Positions 61,036 through 64,000 of a stretch of DNA of 64,000 bases are shown here, in pieces; the first letter of the stretch is position 1, and every line of letters begins with the position of its first letter. Under the pieces are notes generated by a model that did not search any database, was not told the origin of the DNA, and was given only the letters and a program-made list of their open reading frames with translations. Made by a program: the position numbers and the translations under genes. The DNA is from Candidatus Latescibacterota bacterium (GTDB lineage Bacteria; Latescibacterota; UBA2968; UBA8231). Location of the stretch: positions 1,568,001 to 1,632,000 of the forward strand of contig CBDETK010000013.1 of assembly GCA_965242865.1 (NCBI GenBank). Direction: 5' to 3'.

Positions 61036-61229
61036 CTAATGGTGCTAGTGTTTTACAATCCGAACTCGGCAATAGACAGCGGGACGAATCCGTTTTCATC
61101 GGGCTGGAATCCATGCCATTGCACCAGCAGATTGAAGGCGGCCATGGCAAAGCTCAGATGGGCGGTACAATACGCCGATGCCCGATGGGTCTGCTGCTTA
61201 AAGCGGCTAATTCGGGTGAGCATGGAAAA
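61035..61229 (-). mobile_element. Terminal fragment of the same IS982-like element
   Basis: About 195 bp highly similar to 26362..26556, including the IR actaatggtgctagt; the other end is missing. Confidence 0.9.
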
Positions 61230-61231
61230 AG

Positions 61232-61579
61232 TTGAAGAACCGCAATGTCTATGCGGTTGACTGCCCGGATACGGCGGGTGCGATCACGGCGACTGGTGCT
61301 CAACTATACGACCTGAATTGCAGCGGGTGTCATAACCTGACTGCCGCGCAACACGGCATTGGTCCGCATCTGGTCGAGGTGCTTGGGCGGCGCATCGGCG
61401 CGGTGGGCGGCTACCTGTTCTCAGATGCCCTCCGCTCGCTCGACGAGGTGGGGACGCAGCCCGCGTTGGAGCGGTTTCTCGCCAATCCGCAGCAGTTTGC
61501 CCCGGGCACATCCAAGTCGTCGTTGAGCATCACCCCAGCGGAAGCCCGCGCCATCGTCAACTTCATCGGGGGCGATTGA
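61232..61579 (+). pseudogene. Class I cytochrome c domain, probably 5'-truncated
   Basis: GAQLY..NCSGCH...IGPHL..V.GR, FSDAL, FLANP...PGT; no signal peptide; starts at the IS break point. Confidence 0.65.
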
Positions 61580-61661
61580 CCTTTTATAGAAAACCCTGAG
61601 TACACGACCTCGATTGACAGTCTAAAAGTACCAACGCCCGTAACCGCATCCCCCCGCGCAA

Positions 61662-61690
61662 TTGACGAGGCGATTTTTATTTGCTAGGTT
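61662..61690 (+). promoter_or_regulatory. Putative sigma70 promoter of the ABC operon
   Basis: TTGACG-17 bp-TAGGTT with an extended TG. Confidence 0.45.
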
Positions 61691-61723
61691 AAATACCTTT
61701 CAAAATTTACCTCACATCTACTC

Positions 61724-62734
61724 ATGTCTTGGAATTTTATCGTCAAAAGGGTCGCCCTTTTCCTGATCATAGTATGGGCCGCGGCGAGCGTGAATTTCTT
61801 TGTGCCGCGGCTGGGTACGGGCCGCGATCCCATCCGCGAGAAGCTCGGCCAGCTAGCGGCCAGCGGTGGGTTGCGCCAAGATGGCATTGAGGCCATGGTG
61901 CGGGCCTATCAGGCCAAGTTCGGCCTCGACAAACCGCTCCACGTCCAATACCTCAACTTTCTCGGCGACACCTTTACGCTCGACTTGGGCTATTCGCTCG
62001 CCAACTATCCGGCCCGCGTCGGGCAGATCATCGGCAATGCCATTCCTTGGACCATTGGGCTGATGGTCATTTCGGTGGTGCTCGGGTTTGCCTTGGGGAC
62101 GCTCATGGGCGCCCTGTCGGCTTGGCCGGCCGCGCCGCGCTTTACGCGCAACCTAGCGGTGCCCATGATGACGTTGTCGGCGATTCCTCCGTACCTGCTG
62201 GGGCTGATCGTGCTCTACATATTGGGCCTCAAGCTAAACCTCTTTCCGCTCTCGGGCGGGTACTCGCCCGGCATGTTGGCGATCTTCAACCTCGCCTTTG
62301 TCCTCGATGTGTTGCACCATTCGATTTTGCCGGCGCTGGCCATTGTATTGCAGCAGGTCGGCTTTTGGGCCCTAGGGATGCGGGGGATGATGGTCTCGAC
62401 CTCGGGCGAGGATTACATCACGCTCGCCGAGGCCAATGGCCTGCGCAACCGCACGATCTTTTTCCGTTTTGGCCTGCGCAACGCCCTGCTGCCCCAGCTC
62501 ACGGCACTGGGGCTTTCGCTGGCCAACGTGGTCGCCGGCCAAGTCATCGTCGAGGTGATTTTCGCCTATCCGGGGATCGGCACGGTGCTCTTTCAGGCCA
62601 TTCAAGCCTCGGATTATACGGTCATCAACGGCGTAGTGCTCATTCTCATCCTATCCATCGGCTTGGTGACGATGCTGATGGACTTTTTCTATCCGCTGCT
62701 CGACCCGCGGATTTCCCATAGCCGCCAACACTAG
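61724..62734 (+). CDS. Peptide/nickel ABC transporter permease (DppB/OppB-like)
   Basis: FGLDKPLHVQY, DLGYS, EDYITLAEANGL, LRNALLP, EVIFAYPGIG, LDPRI. Confidence 0.93.
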   Translation: MSWNFIVKRVALFLIIVWAAASVNFFVPRLGTGRDPIREKLGQLAASGGLRQDGIEAMVRAYQAKFGLDKPLHVQYLNFLGDTFTLDLGYSLANYPARVGQIIGNAIPWTIGLMVISVVLGFALGTLMGALSAWPAAPRFTRNLAVPMMTLSAIPPYLLGLIVLYILGLKLNLFPLSGGYSPGMLAIFNLAFVLDVLHHSILPALAIVLQQVGFWALGMRGMMVSTSGEDYITLAEANGLRNRTIFFRFGLRNALLPQLTALGLSLANVVAGQVIVEVIFAYPGIGTVLFQAIQASDYTVINGVVLILILSIGLVTMLMDFFYPLLDPRISHSRQH

Positions 62735-62736
62735 CC

Positions 62737-63594
62737 ATGAACCGCTTCGATCAAATTCTCTACTACTTGCGCGAAAGCCCGATGCTCGTGGCCGGCCTGT
62801 GCCTGATCCTGTTGGTCGTGCTGTTCGGGGTCTTTGGGGCGATCTTCGTCGATACCTCGCAGGCCCAGCCGCTGGCCACCAAGCCCCGACAAGCCCCCTC
62901 GCTGGAGCATCCCTTTGGCACTGACGACTCCGGCCGCGACCTCCTCGCCGTGATGGTGGTGGGGGTGCCGCTGACGATGCGGATCGGGCTGTTGGCCGGC
63001 ACGGTGGGGCTCGGATTGGGCATTTTCCTCGGCTTTACGAGCGGCTATCTGGGCGGCAAGGTCGACGTGGTCATCCGCGGCCTCGTGGATACGCTGCTCA
63101 CGGTGCCCGGCCTCGTGGTGCTGGTCTCCATCGCCTCGACGATCCGCGAGGAAATTAGCGTCAACATCATGGCCTTGGTGGTGGCTTCGCTCGCGTGGAT
63201 GTGGCCCACGCGCACCATTCGCTCGCAGGTGTTGACCATGCGCGAGCGGGCGTACGTGCAGATGGCCCAGCTCAACGGCATGAGCAATGCCGAGATCATC
63301 TGGAAGGAGCTTTTTCCCAACCTGCTGCCGTACCTCGCGGCCAATTTCACCAATGCGGTCAACTGGGCCATTCTCTCGTCAATTGGCCTAGAGGCCCTCG
63401 GGTTGGGGCCGCAAAACGATCCAACGGTCGGCATGACCATTTACTGGGCCATCACGTTCAGCGCGCTCATCCGCGGCATGTGGTGGTGGTGGGCCATTCC
63501 GATCTTCTTTATCGGCGTGATCTTCGTGGGCTTGTTGATGACCGCGGCTGGCTTGGACGAGCTGGCCAACCCCAAGCAGCGCAAGGCCGTATGA
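62737..63594 (+). CDS. Peptide/nickel ABC transporter permease (DppC/OppC-like)
   Basis: PSLEHPFGTDDSGRD, RSQVLTMRERAYV, ELFPN, WWWW. Confidence 0.93.
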   Translation: MNRFDQILYYLRESPMLVAGLCLILLVVLFGVFGAIFVDTSQAQPLATKPRQAPSLEHPFGTDDSGRDLLAVMVVGVPLTMRIGLLAGTVGLGLGIFLGFTSGYLGGKVDVVIRGLVDTLLTVPGLVVLVSIASTIREEISVNIMALVVASLAWMWPTRTIRSQVLTMRERAYVQMAQLNGMSNAEIIWKELFPNLLPYLAANFTNAVNWAILSSIGLEALGLGPQNDPTVGMTIYWAITFSALIRGMWWWWAIPIFFIGVIFVGLLMTAAGLDELANPKQRKAV

Positions 63595-64000
63595 GCACGG
63601 CCGCCAAAGAGGTCCTGCTGGCCATTCGCGGCTTGGCGGTCCACTTCGAGACCCGGCGCGGCATCGCCCGAGCCGTGAACGAAGTCGATCTGACCCTGTA
63701 CAAAGGCGAGCGTTTTGGCCTAGTTGGCGAATCCGGCAGCGGCAAGACCACGTTGATTTTGGCGCTGTTGCGGATGATCAAGACGCCGGGCCTCATCGCC
63801 GGCGGCAGCGCGACCTTAGACGACGGCACGGACCTGACCCAACTCGACCGCGAGCAAGTGCGGCAGGCGCGGCTCAAGCGGGTCGCCATGGTGCCGCAAG
63901 GCGCGATGAACTCGCTCAACCCGGTGATGCGGATTGGGCCGCAACTGATGCTGACGATGCGCGAGCACGCCACCGAGCAGCCCCCGCCGCCCAAAGCCGC
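63591..64000 (+). CDS. Peptide ABC transporter ATP-binding protein (DppD/OppD-like), runs off window end
   Basis: ATG 63591; my translation contains AVNEVDL, GLVGESGSGKT and VPQGAMNSLNP. Confidence 0.9.
   Translation, partial: MSTAAKEVLLAIRGLAVHFETRRGIARAVNEVDLTLYKGERFGLVGESGSGKTTLILALLRMIKTPGLIAGGSATLDDGTDLTQLDREQVRQARLKRVAMVPQGAMNSLNPVMRIGPQLMLTMREHATEQPPPPKA

Noticed and set aside
1-64000. tRNA, rRNA or tmRNA genes
   Set aside because: No cloverleaf/T-loop or rRNA-like sequence was recognised by eye in the intergenic regions; no scan was run.

Overview
GC-rich bacterial chromosomal window with no rRNA, tRNA or CRISPR array. The gene content suggests, by inference only, an FCB-group (Latescibacterota/Gemmatimonadota-like) marine, possibly sponge-associated, organism: many Gfo/Idh/MocA oxidoreductases, PhyH/2OG dioxygenases, a sulfatase-fold protein, three paralogous secreted proteins with FlgD-Ig-like C-termini, and an LRR+YWTD eukaryote-like lipoprotein. 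Housekeeping and catabolic genes (hom, apgM-like, aminotransferase, AKR/amidohydrolase, enolase-family, dpp-type ABC transporter) are interleaved with defence and mobile DNA. That DNA includes a 1724-aa exonuclease-RecQ-UvrD fusion, an AAA-PD-(D/E)XK protein, an IS982-like element plus a fragment, PIN toxin-antitoxin modules, a type III R-M system, a fused MNT-HEPN gene, two orphan methyltransferases, NYN and HEPN RNases, and a CP-ATP-grasp/alpha-E/transglutaminase operon. The most striking unexplained structures are: (i) the type III mod-res spacer exists as duplicated, REP-bounded 'slots' carrying different toxin-antitoxin cargo; (ii) a poly-C leader ORF and structured leader that could phase-switch the LRR-YWTD gene, whose repeats have a fixed DNA framework with hypervariable codons; (iii) several REP-like families, one inserted in-frame in a protein; (iv) IS ends that complete the stop codons of upstream genes.
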